Assembly (NCBI GenBank): GCA_002269645.1
Contig: NIVC01003671.1
Location: forward strand, 1-44,144
DNA: 44,144 bases
Direction: 5' to 3'
Origin: Macrostomum lignano
Taxonomy: Eukaryota
Part shown: positions 1 through 12,028 of the stretch, one piece after another
Layout of the letters: each line of letters begins with the position of its first letter
Position numbering within the stretch: the first letter of the stretch is position 1
Notes under the pieces: generated by a model
What the model was told of the DNA's origin: nothing
Database searches by the model: none
Seen by the model: only the letters and a program-made list of their open reading frames with translations
Translations under genes and position numbers: made by a program

Positions 1-412
1 TTATGCAGCAGATATCTCAGCCGTGCAGTTATGCAGCAGATATCTCAGCTGTGCAGTTATGCAGCAGATATCTCAGCCGTGCAGTTATGCAGCAGATATC
101 TCAGCTGTGCAGTTATGCAGCAGATATCTCAGCTGTGCAGTTATGCAGCAGATATCTCAGCTGTGCAGTTATGCAGCAGATATCTCAGCTGTGCAGTTAT
201 GCAGCAGATATCTCAGCTGTGCAGTTATGCAGCAGATATCTCAGCTGTGCAGTTATGCAGCAGATATCTCAGCTGTGCAGTTATGCAGCAGATATCTCAG
301 CTGTGCAGTTATGCAGCAGATATCTCAGCTGTGCAGTTATGCAGCAGATATCTCAGCTGTGCAGTTATGCAGCAGATATCTCAGCTGTACAGTTTTGCAG
401 CAGATATCTCAG
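1..412. repeat. Minisatellite, 28-bp unit GCAGTTATGCAGCAGATATCTCAGCTGT, ~14-15 copies (truncated by window start)
   Basis: Near-perfect tandem copies read directly. Most units contain CAGCTG (two early units read CAGCCG); each contains GATATC. Source of the spurious ORFs at 3-654. Confidence 0.97.
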
Positions 413-2341
413 CATTCAGTCTGGCCCATTGTGCCGTTCCAGTAGACCAGCTGGCCATAAAGCTCATCATCACCTTTACCTGTCCAGAATCTGGGCCCAG
501 CTCCAGCCCGCTAAGTGCGGCACGCGTTCCCCAGAAATATATGCGCTTCATCTTAAGACGCCGGACCGATGCGGAGCAAAAAAGCAGTTCTCAAGAGTTG
601 CTGTTGAAGTGCCGGTGTTGCAATGATTTCCCGACAGTCGCTGGCAGCAGCTGACAGCGCGAGAGCCGCAAGTTTTGTCACCTGAGCCTCGTGGCGCGCT
701 GCCGCCCCGGCCACTTGATCGCCCGTTGTTTATTGGGTCTCCCGCCCCCTCCGGGCGGTTTACTGCGCCTTGAGAGACTCGCTGACCCCCTGGGCGGTGC
801 CACGTGGCCCCTGCCCGTCTCAGGCCGACTGGCGGTCGCCTCTTCAAATTAGCATATTCTTGCCAGGGATTTCTTGAGGACTTCGTCACGGGAATTCAAC
901 CGCAATGGCTTTCTTTCTGGGTGTCAGTTGATGTATTGTTTTATTTATGTGCGCGGCTGGCGCCTGCGAGTCTGGGGTGGCGCTCCATCGCTGCTCTTCA
1001 CGCCGAGCTCGATTCATCCGCGTCTGAGTGTCTGCTCTGATCTGTTTTTGGAGAGCCGGGGCAGCTTGAGCAGCAGTTTGCGGCAGTGCTCAGGCATGAA
1101 ACGCCAGGCAGCCCTACTCAATTGAAAGCATCACTATGCCTATACCAGATAAGTCATGCCTTCTCTGAAAGTAGAGCCTATCTGTATTTATTTCAAATTC
1201 TCCGAGGGTAAATAGAGCTCAGAATGCGGTGTCATTGCAATGTCATCGAGGTCGGCAGCTTGAGCATCAGCCACTCTCACTGACGCCCGCGCCTCACAGA
1301 GCCCTGTGCTCAGCCTCAGTTCCTTCTGTTTGTTTCCAATCGCGACCGCCCCGTGTCACAACAAACAACTTGTAGCCACCGACTCGCCTCCTACCCTAAG
1401 CCCACCTGCCCCACCTGGCCGCACGCCAGCTACTCCGCTGTTGCACTCGCGTGGCACCGCGGAACTGCTTAAGGAGGCCACGGCCGGGGTCAGGGGGGTC
1501 AGCAAACATCTTGCACGGCAGGCGGCTTTAACTTCGCTGCAGTTTGCTCAGCGGGCTCAACAACAACAACAGGTCTCTGCTCTGGAGAGTCTGCAGCTCC
1601 CACCTGTCTGCCTCATCGTAATCTGCCGTCAGCCAGCCAGCTCAACTGTTTTTATCTGTCGATTCTGGCCGATCGCTCACGGGGCTCAGAGGCTGCTCAA
1701 GCTGTAATTTGAGGCCGCTCCGAAGAGCCCTCATGCCATCACCAGGGCGAGAGCGACTCGGGCCCGCATCGTCAGCCTCCCGCGGCTTTCGCTCGCCAAG
1801 AAGGCAAAATTGGTGTGAAGGGGCTGCGGCCGTCTACCGCACGCTGTGGGATTCTGCGAGCGCAGAAAAGCTGAGAAGGCAAAAAACGATGAAGCCATCG
1901 GGGCCGTGCATGACACCTGACCCCAGGTCTGTTGGCACCTGGGCGGGCACCAACCATGTGGGCTGATAGTGCAGGGCCCGCAAGTCTCTTTTTAGCCACT
2001 CGAGTCTCGCGTGCCGGCAAACAGCGGAGAGCTGCGGGTTCCAAAAAGTGGCGGCCGCAAAACAGACCGCCTGCAGAGAGGCTGGGCGGAGCGGCCCGCC
2101 ATGGGGCGCTGGGGACTGCCGGAGTCAGACGGACTTTCAAGTAGTTTTTCAACTTTGACGGAGAGACTGCAAATAGATCGGGGATTGAGCTGGGCCCGTG
2201 ATTCAGCCGTTCGGTGAGGGAATCGAGAGTGGGAGAGTCGGGGGGTGCAGGGAAGTGGCATGAAGAGGCTGCATGGGAAACTGTGAGCAGCTTATACTGA
2301 TTTCGGTGCTCATATTTCCAGACTCGAACTGGGCGCAAATA

Positions 2342-2423
2342 GCATCTAACTGCCAAACCTAGCATGCAAACTGCCGCTCATGGCATCTAACTGCCAAACC
2401 TAGCATGCAAACTGCCGCTCATG
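2342..2423. repeat. Perfect 41-bp tandem duplication (2 copies)
   Basis: GCATCTAACTGCCAAACCTAGCATGCAAACTGCCGCTCATG occurs at 2342-2382 and 2383-2423. Confidence 0.95.
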
Positions 2424-2519
2424 GCACCGAAATCATATGATAGCATAATATCACATGATAATTGGCGGCGCGCGTTTGCCCAGAATTATAAGCTCAAGAC
2501 AGGCGCGAGCAACGCTGAC

Positions 2520-3470
2520 AGCAGTGTGTCACTGGGGACCGTGAACTCCACACACAGTGTGTCACTGGGAACCGTGAACTCCACATACAGTGTGTCACTG
2601 GGGACCGTGAACTCCACACACAGTGTGTCACTGGGAACCGTGAACTCCACATACAGTGTGTCACTGGGGACCGTGAACTCCACATACAGTGTGTCACTGG
2701 GGACCGTGAACTCCACATACAGTGTGTCACTGGGGACCGTGAACTCCACATACAGTGTGTCACTGGGGACCGTGAACTCCACATACAGTGTGTCACTGGG
2801 GACCGTGAACTCCACATACAGTGTGTCACTGGGGACCGTGAACTCCACATACAGTGTGTCACTGGGGACCGTGAACTCCACATACAGTGTGTCACTGGGG
2901 ACCGTGAACTCCACATACAGTGTGTCACTGGGAACCGTGAACTCCACATACAGTGTGTCACTGGGAACCGTGAACTCCACATACAGTGTGTCACTGGGGA
3001 CCGTGAACTCCACATACAGTGTGTCACTGGGAACCGTGAACTCCACATACAGTGTGTCACTGGGAACCGTGAACTCCACATACAGTGTGTCACTGGGAAC
3101 CGTGAACTCCACATACAGTGTGTCACTGGGGACCGTGAACTCCACATACAGTGTGTCACTGGGAACCGTGAACTCCACATACAGTGTGTCACTGGGAACC
3201 GTGAACTCCACATACAGTGTGTCACTGGGAACCGTGAACTCCACATACAGTGTGTCACTGGGAACCGTGAACTCCACACACAGTATGTCACTGGGAACCG
3301 TGAACTCCACACACAGTGTGTCACTGGGGACCGTGAACTCCGCACACAGTATGTCACTGGGGCCGTGAACTCCGCACAGCAGTGTGTCACTGGGGACCGT
3401 GAACTCCGCACACAGTATGTCACTGGGGCCGTGAACTCCGCACACAGTGTGTCACTGGAGCCGTGAACTC
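2520..3470. repeat. Minisatellite, 33-bp unit CAGTGTGTCACTGGG(G/A)ACCGTGAACTCCACATA, ~28 copies
   Basis: Tandem copies. The unit length is a multiple of 3, which explains the repetitive ORFs (SVSLGTVNSTY)n etc. Confidence 0.97.
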
Positions 3471-3974
3471 CCGCAGAGCTGCAGGCCGCTGCGGAGCATC
3501 ATAAAATATGCAATAAAAGTTTTCATGCCAGACGAATTTCCGCTACTGCCAGTCAGCCCGAGCGCTCAAAACCGGGACAGAAAAGATCGAAGATTGCGGC
3601 AGTAAATCAGGCCCAGCTACTCGCTCTCCGCTCCCTCTTGAGCTGGAGAAGAAAAGAAACTTTCCCGCTGTGTGCAGTGCAGCAGCCCCGGGCCGCTGCG
3701 GCCCCCGCCCAGCTGTCCAGGTGTTCCAATCCAGCCACCAGCCCCGCTCCCCACTCCGGAAGCGCTGTTGATTCAGTGGCCTCCGCTCAATGGGCTCGGG
3801 AGAAAATCCCCTTAATTCTGTCTCCCCAGACACCACTGAGCAAATAGCTGCAGCAGGGGATCTCAGTTGTTGTCTCCCATTTCTGCCTGTTTTCCCTTGA
3901 GCTCCTCTTCTCGGATTCCTCCCAGCCCGTGCAGCGGTGCGGCAACGCAGGTCTGCCTCAGTTTGCAGTGCATA

Positions 3975-4228
3975 TGGATATTTATATGTATGCATGTAGA
4001 TATGTATATGTATGCATGTAGATATGTATATGTATGCATGTAGATATTTATATGTATGCATGTAGATATGTATATGTATGCATGTAGATATGTATATGTA
4101 TGCATGTAGATATTTATATGTATGCATGTAGATATGTATATGTGTGCATGTAGATATGTATATGTATGCATGTAGATATGTAATATGTATGCATCTAGAT
4201 ATGTATGCATGTAGATATGTATATGCAG
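3975..4228. repeat. Minisatellite, ~22-bp unit ATATGTATATGTATGCATGTAG, ~11 copies
   Basis: Tandem copies with alternating purine/pyrimidine character. Confidence 0.93.
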
Positions 4229-5099
4229 AGCTATTAGAGATGATCATGCCGGTGAGTCTGGTCACTGAGTGGCCCTTGGTTCGCACACCTGTCAATCAGT
4301 GCCTGTCTGTCTGTCTGTCTGACTGTCACTGGCGGCCAAGAGGCCCGCATGAGCCCAGTAGGCCTCTTAAATCTTAATTAATCCGATCGGAGTGGCCTGC
4401 AGAGTCAGAGCTCATCCGCGGCCACCCCGGAGCGCGATATCTTGGAATTAATTGGACCTCCCGGACCCGGCAGCTGGCTGTCTGGGGTACAATAAAGGTC
4501 ATTGCAGAGTCTTTCTCAGAAGACACCAGAAAAGTAAGGACTCATTTTCAAAAATTGATACACCTCTGAACTGACAGCTTCGTCTCCTTGGTGGATTTGG
4601 AATTGTTCGGCCTCCAGCTGCTGCAGTTGTCCGTGAGAATCAAATACCTGCGGCACCCAAACTCAGAGCAGCTCAAAACCGTCTAAACTGAAGCCTGCAC
4701 CCCCAAGAGTTTCCAATCCCGGTCTTCATAAAGGCCTGCCAGGCGGGAACTCTGGAGAGCCCGATTGCCCCCCACCCCCGCCCGGGAGCGGCGGCGCGGA
4801 TCGGCATGCGGGAGGGCGGGGCCGCAGCGGCTGAATGAAATCGCCGCTCTCGGCTGCGAGGCCCCGCCCTCCGCTCCGCTTGGCCGCTGAGAGCCCCGAA
4901 TTGCCGGGGAGCCGCCACCTGCAGGAGCGAATTGAACTGCAGCTCTCAGCACTGCCTGATCCACCACACTCCATCATTAGCGGTTTATTAATGCGCTCAT
5001 AATATGATAAGGGCCGGCTGTCTGTGCTGACGGATTCATGCCCTGACGCTGCTGCTGCCTTTTATAGGCATTGCTGATTCCAGATTGAGCTGCGTGTCA

Positions 5100-7985
5100 T
5101 GACCCTGCACAGATTGCCTGCACAGACCCTGCACAGATTGCCTGCACAGACCCTGCACAGATTGCCTGCACAGACCCTGCACAGATTGCCTGCACAGACC
5201 CTGCACAGATTCCCTGCACAACTTCCCTGCACAGATTCCCTGCACAACTTCCCTGCACAACTTCCCTGCACAACTTCCCTGCACAACTTCCCTGCACGGA
5301 TTCCCTGCACAGATTCCCTGCGCAGATTCCCTGCACAGATTCCCTGCACAGATTCCCTGCACAGATTCCCTGCACAGATTCCCTGCACAGATTCCCTGCA
5401 CAACTTCCCTGCACAGCTTCCCTGCACAAATTCCCTGCACAGCTTCCCTGCACAGCTTCCCTGCACAACTTCCCTGCACAACTTCCCTGCACAGCTTCCC
5501 TGCGCAGATTCCCTGCACAGATTCCCTGCACAGCTTCCCTGCGCAGATTCCCTGCACAGATTCCCTGCACAGATTCCCTGCGCAAATTCCCTGCACAGAT
5601 TCCCTGCACAACTTCCCTGCACAACTTCCCTGCACAGCTTCCCTGCACAAATTCCCTGCACAGCTTCCCTGCACAGCTTCCCTGCACAGATTCCCTGCAC
5701 AGATTCCCTGCACAGATTCCCTGCACAGATTCCCTGCACGGATTCCCTGCACAGATTCCCTGCACAGATTCCCTGCCCGGATTCCCTGCACAGATTCCCT
5801 GCACAGATTCCCTGCACTAATTCCCTGCACAGATTCCCTGCACAGATTCCCTGCACAGATTCCCTGCACAGATTCCCTGCACAGATTCCCTGCACAGATT
5901 CCCTGCACGGATTCCCTGCACAGATTCCCTGCACAGATTTCCTGCACAACTTCCCTGCACAACTTCCCTGCACAGATTCCCTGCACAGATTCCCTGCACA
6001 GATTCCCTGCACTAATTCCCTGCACAGATTCCCTGCACAGATTCCCTGCACAGATTCCCTGCACTAATTCCCTGCACAGATTCCCTGCACAGATTCCCTG
6101 CACGGATTCCCTGCACAGATTCCCTGCACAGATTTCCTGCACAACTTCCCTGCACAACTTCCCTGCACAGATTCCCTGCACAGATTCCCTGCACAGATTC
6201 CCTGCACGGATTCCCTGCACAGATTCCCTGCACAGATTCCCTGCACAGATTCCCTGCACGGATTCCCTGCACAGATTCCCTGCACAGATTCCCTGCACAG
6301 ATTCCCTGCACGGATTCCCTGCACAGATTCCCTGCACAGATTCCCTGCACAGATTCCCTGCACGGATTCCCTGCACAGATTCCCTGCACAGATTCCCTGC
6401 ACAGATTCCCTGCACAGATTCCCTGCACAGATTCCCTGCACAGATTCCCTGCACTAATTCCCTGCACAGATTCCCTGCACAGATTCCCTGCACAGATTCC
6501 CTGCACAGATTCCCTGCACGGATTCCCTGCACAGATTCCCTGCACAGATTCCCTGCACAACTTCCCTGCACAGCTTCCCTGCACAGATTCCCTGCACAGA
6601 TTCCCTGCACAGATTCCCTGCACAACTTCCCTGCACAGATTCCCTGCACAACTTCCCTGCACAACTTCCCTGCACAGATTCCCTGCACAGATTCCCTGCA
6701 CAACTTCCCTGCACAGATTCCCTGCACAGATTCCCTGCACAGATTCCCTGCACAGATTCCCTGCACAGATTCCCTGCACAGATTCCCTGCACAACTTCCC
6801 TGCACAGCTTCCCTGCACAGATTCCCTGCACAGATTCCCTGCACAACTTCCCTGCACAACTTCCCTGCACAGATTCCCTGCACAGATTCCCTGCACAGAT
6901 TCCCTACACAACTTCCCTGCACAACTTCCCTGCACAGATTCCCTGCACAACTTCCCTGCACAGCTTCCCTGCACAGATTCCCTGCACAGATTCCCTGCAC
7001 AGCTTCCCTGCACAGATTCCCTGCACAACTTCCCTGCACAACTTCCCTGCACAGCTTCCCTGCACAAATTCCCTGCACAGCTTCCCTGCACAGCTTCCCT
7101 GCACAGATTCCCTGCCCGGATTCCCTGCACAGATTCCCTGCACAGATTCCCTGCACTAATTCCCTGCACAGATTCCCTGCACAGATTCCCTGCACAGATT
7201 CCCTGCACAGATTCCCTGCACAGATTCCCTGCACAGATTCCCTGCACGGATTCCCTGCACAGATTCCCTGCACAGATTCCCTGCACAACTTCCCTGCACA
7301 ACTTCCCTGCACAGATTTCTTGCACAGATTTCCTGCACAGATTCCCTGCACAGATTTCCTGCACAGATTCCCTGCACAGATTCCCTGCACAGATTCCCTG
7401 CACAGATTCCCTGCACGGATTCCCTGCACAGATTCCCTGCACAGATTCCCTACACAACTTCCCTGCACAGATTCCCTACACAACTTCCCTGCACAGATTC
7501 CCTGCACAACTTCCCTGCACAGATTCCCTGCACGGATTCCCTGCACAGATTCCCTGCACAGATTCCCTGCACAGATTCCCTGCACAGATTCCCTGCACAG
7601 ATTCCCTGCACAGATTCCCTGCACAGATTCCCTGCACAGATTCCCTGCACGGATTCCCTGCACGGATTCCCTGCACAGATTCCCTGCACAGATTCCCTAC
7701 ACAACTTCCCTGCACAGATTCCCTGCACGGATTCCCTGCACAGATTCCCTGCACAGATTCCCTGCACAGATTCCCTGCACGGATTCCCTGCACGGATTCC
7801 CTGCACAGATTCCCTGCACGGATTCCCTGCACGGATTCCCTGCACAGATTCCCTGCACGGATTCCCTGCACGGATTCCCTGCACAGATTCCCTGCACAGA
7901 TTCCCTGCACGGATTCCCTGCACAGATTCCCTGCACGGATTCCCTGCACGGATTCCCTGCACAGATTCCCTGCACGGATTGCCTG
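5100..7985. repeat. Large minisatellite, 13-bp unit ACAGATTCCCTGC with interspersed variants (AACT, AGCT, GGAT, TAAT), ~220 copies; starts with a few 24-bp units
   Basis: Continuous tandem array. Source of the 875-aa 'CRESVQGICAGNL' ORF and its siblings on both strands. Confidence 0.98.
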
Positions 7986-8304
7986 GAGGCTGGGAATCGC
8001 AGTGGCGCCATGGGGATGCCAGGCGCAGGGACGCACAGGGGCAGCTGCATTCGCGCCCAGAATTGGTCACTCGCAGAACTCAAGCTCGGCAGTAGCGGTG
8101 TTTTGCCCCTCTCGGACCGCGGGCTCGGGGGTTCTTCGCGGTCCAGCTGGGGCCGCGCCGCTCTCAGCTCCGCACGGCTATCGGATTTCCCGGCCGTCTC
8201 CGCGCCCGCAGTGCAGCTGCCGCGCCCGGCGATCGATGGCCGCCCCTGCTGAGCTGCCACAGCTGCCCGACACGTCTGCTTTCTACTGCTGCCTGCATTG
8301 GATA

Positions 8305-9430
8305 ACCTCTCATCTCACTGCATCTCATGCTCTCATCTCACTGCATCTCATGCTCTCATCTCACTGCATCTCAAGCTCTCATCTCACTTCATCTCATGCT
8401 CTCATCTCACTTCATCTCATGCTCTCATCTCACTGCATCTCATGCTCTCATCCCACTGCATCTCATGCTCTCATCTCACTGCATCTCATGCTCTCATCTC
8501 ACTGCATCTCAAGCTCTCATCTCACTTCATCTCATGCTCTCATCTCACTTCATCTCATGCTCTCATCTCACTGCATCTCATGCTCTCATCCCACTGCATC
8601 TCATGCTCTCATCTCACTGCATCTCATGCTCTCATCTCACTGCATCTCATGCTCTCATCTCACTTCATCTCAAGCTCTCATCTCACTTCATCTCATGCTC
8701 TCATCTCACTTCATCTCATGCTCTCATCTCACTGCATCTCATGCTCTCATCCCACTGCATCTCATGCTCTCATCTCACTGCATCTCATGCTCTCATCTCA
8801 CTGCATCTCATGCTCTCATCTCACTGCATCTCAAGCTCTCATCTCACTTCATCTCATGCTCTCATCTCACTTCATCTCATGCTCTCATCTCACTGCATCT
8901 CATGCTCTCATCCCACTGCATCTCATGCTCTCATCTCACTGCATCTCATGCTCTCATCTCACTTCATCTCATGCTCTCATCTCACTTCATCTCATGCTCT
9001 CATCTCACTGCATCTCATGCTCTCATCCCACTGCATCTCATGCTCTCATCTCACTGCATCTCATGCTCTCATCTCACTTCATCTCATGCTCTCATCTCAC
9101 TTCATCTCATGCTCTCATCTCACTGCATCTCATGCTCTCATCCCACTGCATCTCATGCTCTCATCTCACTGCATCTCATGCTCTCATCTCACTGCATCTC
9201 ATGCTCTCATCCCACTGCATCTCATGCTCTCATCTCACTGCATCTCATGCTCTCATCTCACTGCATCTCATGCTCTCATCTCACTGCATCTCATGCTCTC
9301 ATCTCACTGCATCTCATGCTCTCATCTCACTGCATCTCATGCTCTTATCTCACTGAATCTCATGATATCATCTCACTGCATCTCATGCTCTCATCTCACT
9401 GCATCTAATGCTCTAATCTCAATGCATCTC
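8305..9430. repeat. Minisatellite, 23-bp unit CATCTCATGCTCTCATCTCACTG, ~48 copies
   Basis: Tandem copies. Repetitive ORFs occur in all three + frames. Confidence 0.97.
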
Positions 9431-9914
9431 ACACTCATTATGAGGTATATAAGAGACAATTTATTGACCCCCATTCCTCTGCCCCAGCCAGTTTTTACAA
9501 GCCCTCATTGCGATTTTTTAATTTTGTCTCCATAAAGCTGCATAGCAAACCGCGTGACTGACAGGCAGTTGGCACAAAAGATCAAAAAAGCTCGGCCTGC
9601 CAGTCACAGCGGGCCGCCGCTGGGAGACTGCAGCAACACAACCAGCCAATGCTACAGTTGCGCAATAAAGCCCAGTCTGCCAACTAAAAAATCTCCCAGG
9701 AGTCCCTGCAGTCACTGAGTGAGCGGCAAGCCAAGAACGGAAATGCAGCGGTGCCAAACTGGTTTCCGAGTTGGCACCGAGACCAAGGGAGCGGAGTCAC
9801 CTGCGGCCCTGTTCCCGCGTGAATTATTGATTAACCTGGCAAGGTTGCAGCCTCTGGGGAAAGAGGTGCGTGAGAGACATGTCCACTCGCTCCTCTGCTC
9901 ACTTCCTTCAGACT

Positions 9915-11085
9915 CCATTCACTCACTCTCCATTGATCACCTACTATTCAGTCACTCTCAATCTTATTCCCTCACTCAATCACATTCACTCACTCGCAAT
10001 CTTTATCACCCATTCAATCATATTCACTCACTCTCAATCCCATTCACTCACTCTCAATCCCATTCACTCACTCTCAATCCCATTCACTCACTCTCAATCC
10101 CATTCACTCAGTCTCAATCCCATTCACTCAGTCTCAATCCCATTCACTCAGTCTCAATCCCATTCACTCAGTCTCAATCCCATTCACTCACTCTCAATCT
10201 CATTCACTCACTCTCAATCTCATTCACTCACTCTCAATCCCATTCACTCACTCTCAATCTCATTCACTCACTCTCAATCTCATTCACTCACTCTCAATCT
10301 CATTCACTCACTCTCAATCTCATTCACTCACTCTCAATCTCATTCACTCACTCTCAATCTCATTCACTCACTCTCAATCTCATTCACTCACTCTCAATCC
10401 CATTCACTCACTCTCAATCTCATTCACTCACTCTCAATCCATTCACCCACTCTAAATCTTATTCACTCACTCTCAATCTCATTCACTCACTCTCAATCTC
10501 ATTCACTCACTCTCAATCTCATTCACTCACTCTCAATCTCATTCACTCACTCTCAATCTCATTCACTCACTCTCAATCTCATTCACTCACTCTCAATCTC
10601 ATTCACTCACTCTCAATCCCATTCACCCACTCTAAATCTTATACACTCGTTCTCAATTTCATTCACTCACTCGACACTCTCGCTCCTTATTCACTCTTAA
10701 TCTCATTCACGCACTCTCAATTCCATTCTCAGTCACATTCACCACTCTCAATCCCATTCGCTCACTCAGTCACATTCACCACTCTCAATCCCATTCGCTC
10801 ACTCAGTCACATTCACCACTCTCAATCCCATTCGCTCACTCAGTCACATTCACCACTCTCAATCCCATTCGCTCACTCAGTCACATTCACCACTCTCAAT
10901 CCCATTCGCTCACTCAGTCACATTCACCACTCTCAATCCCATTCGCTCACTCATTCACATTCACCACTCTCAATCCCATTCGCTCACTCAGTCACATTCA
11001 CCACTCTCAATCCCATTCGCTCACTCAGTCACATTCACCACTCTCAATCCCATTCGCTCACTCAGTCACATTCACCACTATCATT
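9915..11085. repeat. Compound minisatellite: 20-bp unit CATTCACTCACTCTCAATC(T/C) to ~10670, then 37-bp unit CACTCTCAATCCCATTCGCTCACTCAGTCACATTCAC at ~10743-11080
   Basis: Two related periodicities read directly. The 37-bp unit appears to be an expanded derivative of the 20-bp unit. Confidence 0.95.
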
Positions 11086-11089
11086 TCCA

Positions 11090-11445
11090 CGAGACCAATT
11101 AGCGAATGGGCGGCTGGCGCGACGGGCCATCATCCGAAGCAGCTCCCGCCACTCCACTCAGCTGCCTGTCACCCCAGGCTGGCCACGTGGCAGCGGCTGG
11201 GGCCTCCGATTGGTCGCGACGGCGCAGGCAGAGGCCTGAGAGCGGCGGCCATTGGCCCAGAGCCCCTCCATGAGCTCGGCGGCCCCGGCAGCCTGTTTTA
11301 AAAAATAAAAAAGAAAAGCGGACAACCCTCCACACCCAGCGCTTGTGAGCAGCCCGAGACCAGGCAATCTCAGCACAGTTATATCGATCTGCGCCGCGCG
11401 AGTCGCACAAGGGGAGAATTATCCCACCCATCAAGCTTAACTCAG
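11090..11445 (+). promoter_or_regulatory. Probable promoter and non-coding first exon of the ASCL-like gene
   Basis: CCAAT/ATTGG boxes (~11096, 11210, 11250), E-boxes CAGCTG (~11160) and CACGTG (~11184), TATA-like TTTAAAAAATAAAAA (~11298), and a strong donor CAG|GTAAG at 11445/11446. No transcript evidence. Confidence 0.45.
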
Positions 11446-11980
11446 GTAAGCAAAGGGGAGAATTATCCCACCCATCAAGCTTAACTCAGGTGAGCAAAGG
11501 GGAGAATTATCCCACCCATCAAACTTAACTCAGGTGAGCAAAGGGGAGAATTATCCCACCCATCCAGCTTAACTCAGGTGAGCAAGGGGAGAATTATCCC
11601 ACCCATCAAGCTTAATGAACTCAGGTGAGCAAAGGGGAGAATTATCCCACCCATCCAGCTTAACTCAGGTGAGCAAGGGGAGAATTATCCCACCCATCAA
11701 GCTTAATGAACTCAGGTGAGCAAAGGGGAGAATTATCCCACCCATCCAGCTTAACTCAGGTGAGCAAGGGGAGAATTATCCCACCCATCAAGCTTAATGA
11801 ACTCAGGTGAGCAAAGGGGAGAATTATCCCACCCATCCAGCTTAACTCAGGTGAGCAAAGGGGAGAATTATCCCACCCATCCAGCTTAATTAACTCAGGT
11901 GAGCAAGGGGAGAATTATCCCACCATAACTCAGGTGAGCAAGGGGAGAACTATCCCACCCATCAAGCTTGACTCAGATAC
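11411..11980 (+). repeat. Minisatellite, 43-48-bp unit GGGGAGAATTATCCCACCCATC(A/C)AGCTTAACTCAG|GTGAGCAAA, 13 copies, probably a 5'-UTR intron of the ASCL-like gene
   Basis: 12 units carry CAG|GTRAG (first GTAAG, the rest GTGAG). The last unit ends CTTGACTCAG|AT. A second candidate acceptor AAGCAG lies at 12003. Confidence 0.93.
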
Positions 11981-12028
11981 TGCAACGCCGGTCCCAAAAG
12001 CAGGTGCACCAACCAGCCTCCCACCGAC

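Noticed and set aside
420-2340. Protein-coding exons in the GC-rich unique DNA (ORFs 548-2365, also 3543-4977 and 13798-14013)
   Set aside because: No recognisable domain, no consistent GC3 bias and no assemblable splice pattern. More likely regulatory islands, though a short exon cannot be excluded.
2520-3470. CACAGTG (RSS heptamer/Transib-like) motifs in the 33-bp array
   Set aside because: They occur in only a minority of units (most read TACAGTG), and there is no nonamer at 12/23 spacing.
3-11239. Long ORFs such as 5036-7663 (875 aa), 2421-3368, 8002-9408 and 9719-11239
   Set aside because: They are translations of stop-free tandem repeats, open in several frames and on both strands, with no splice or homology support.
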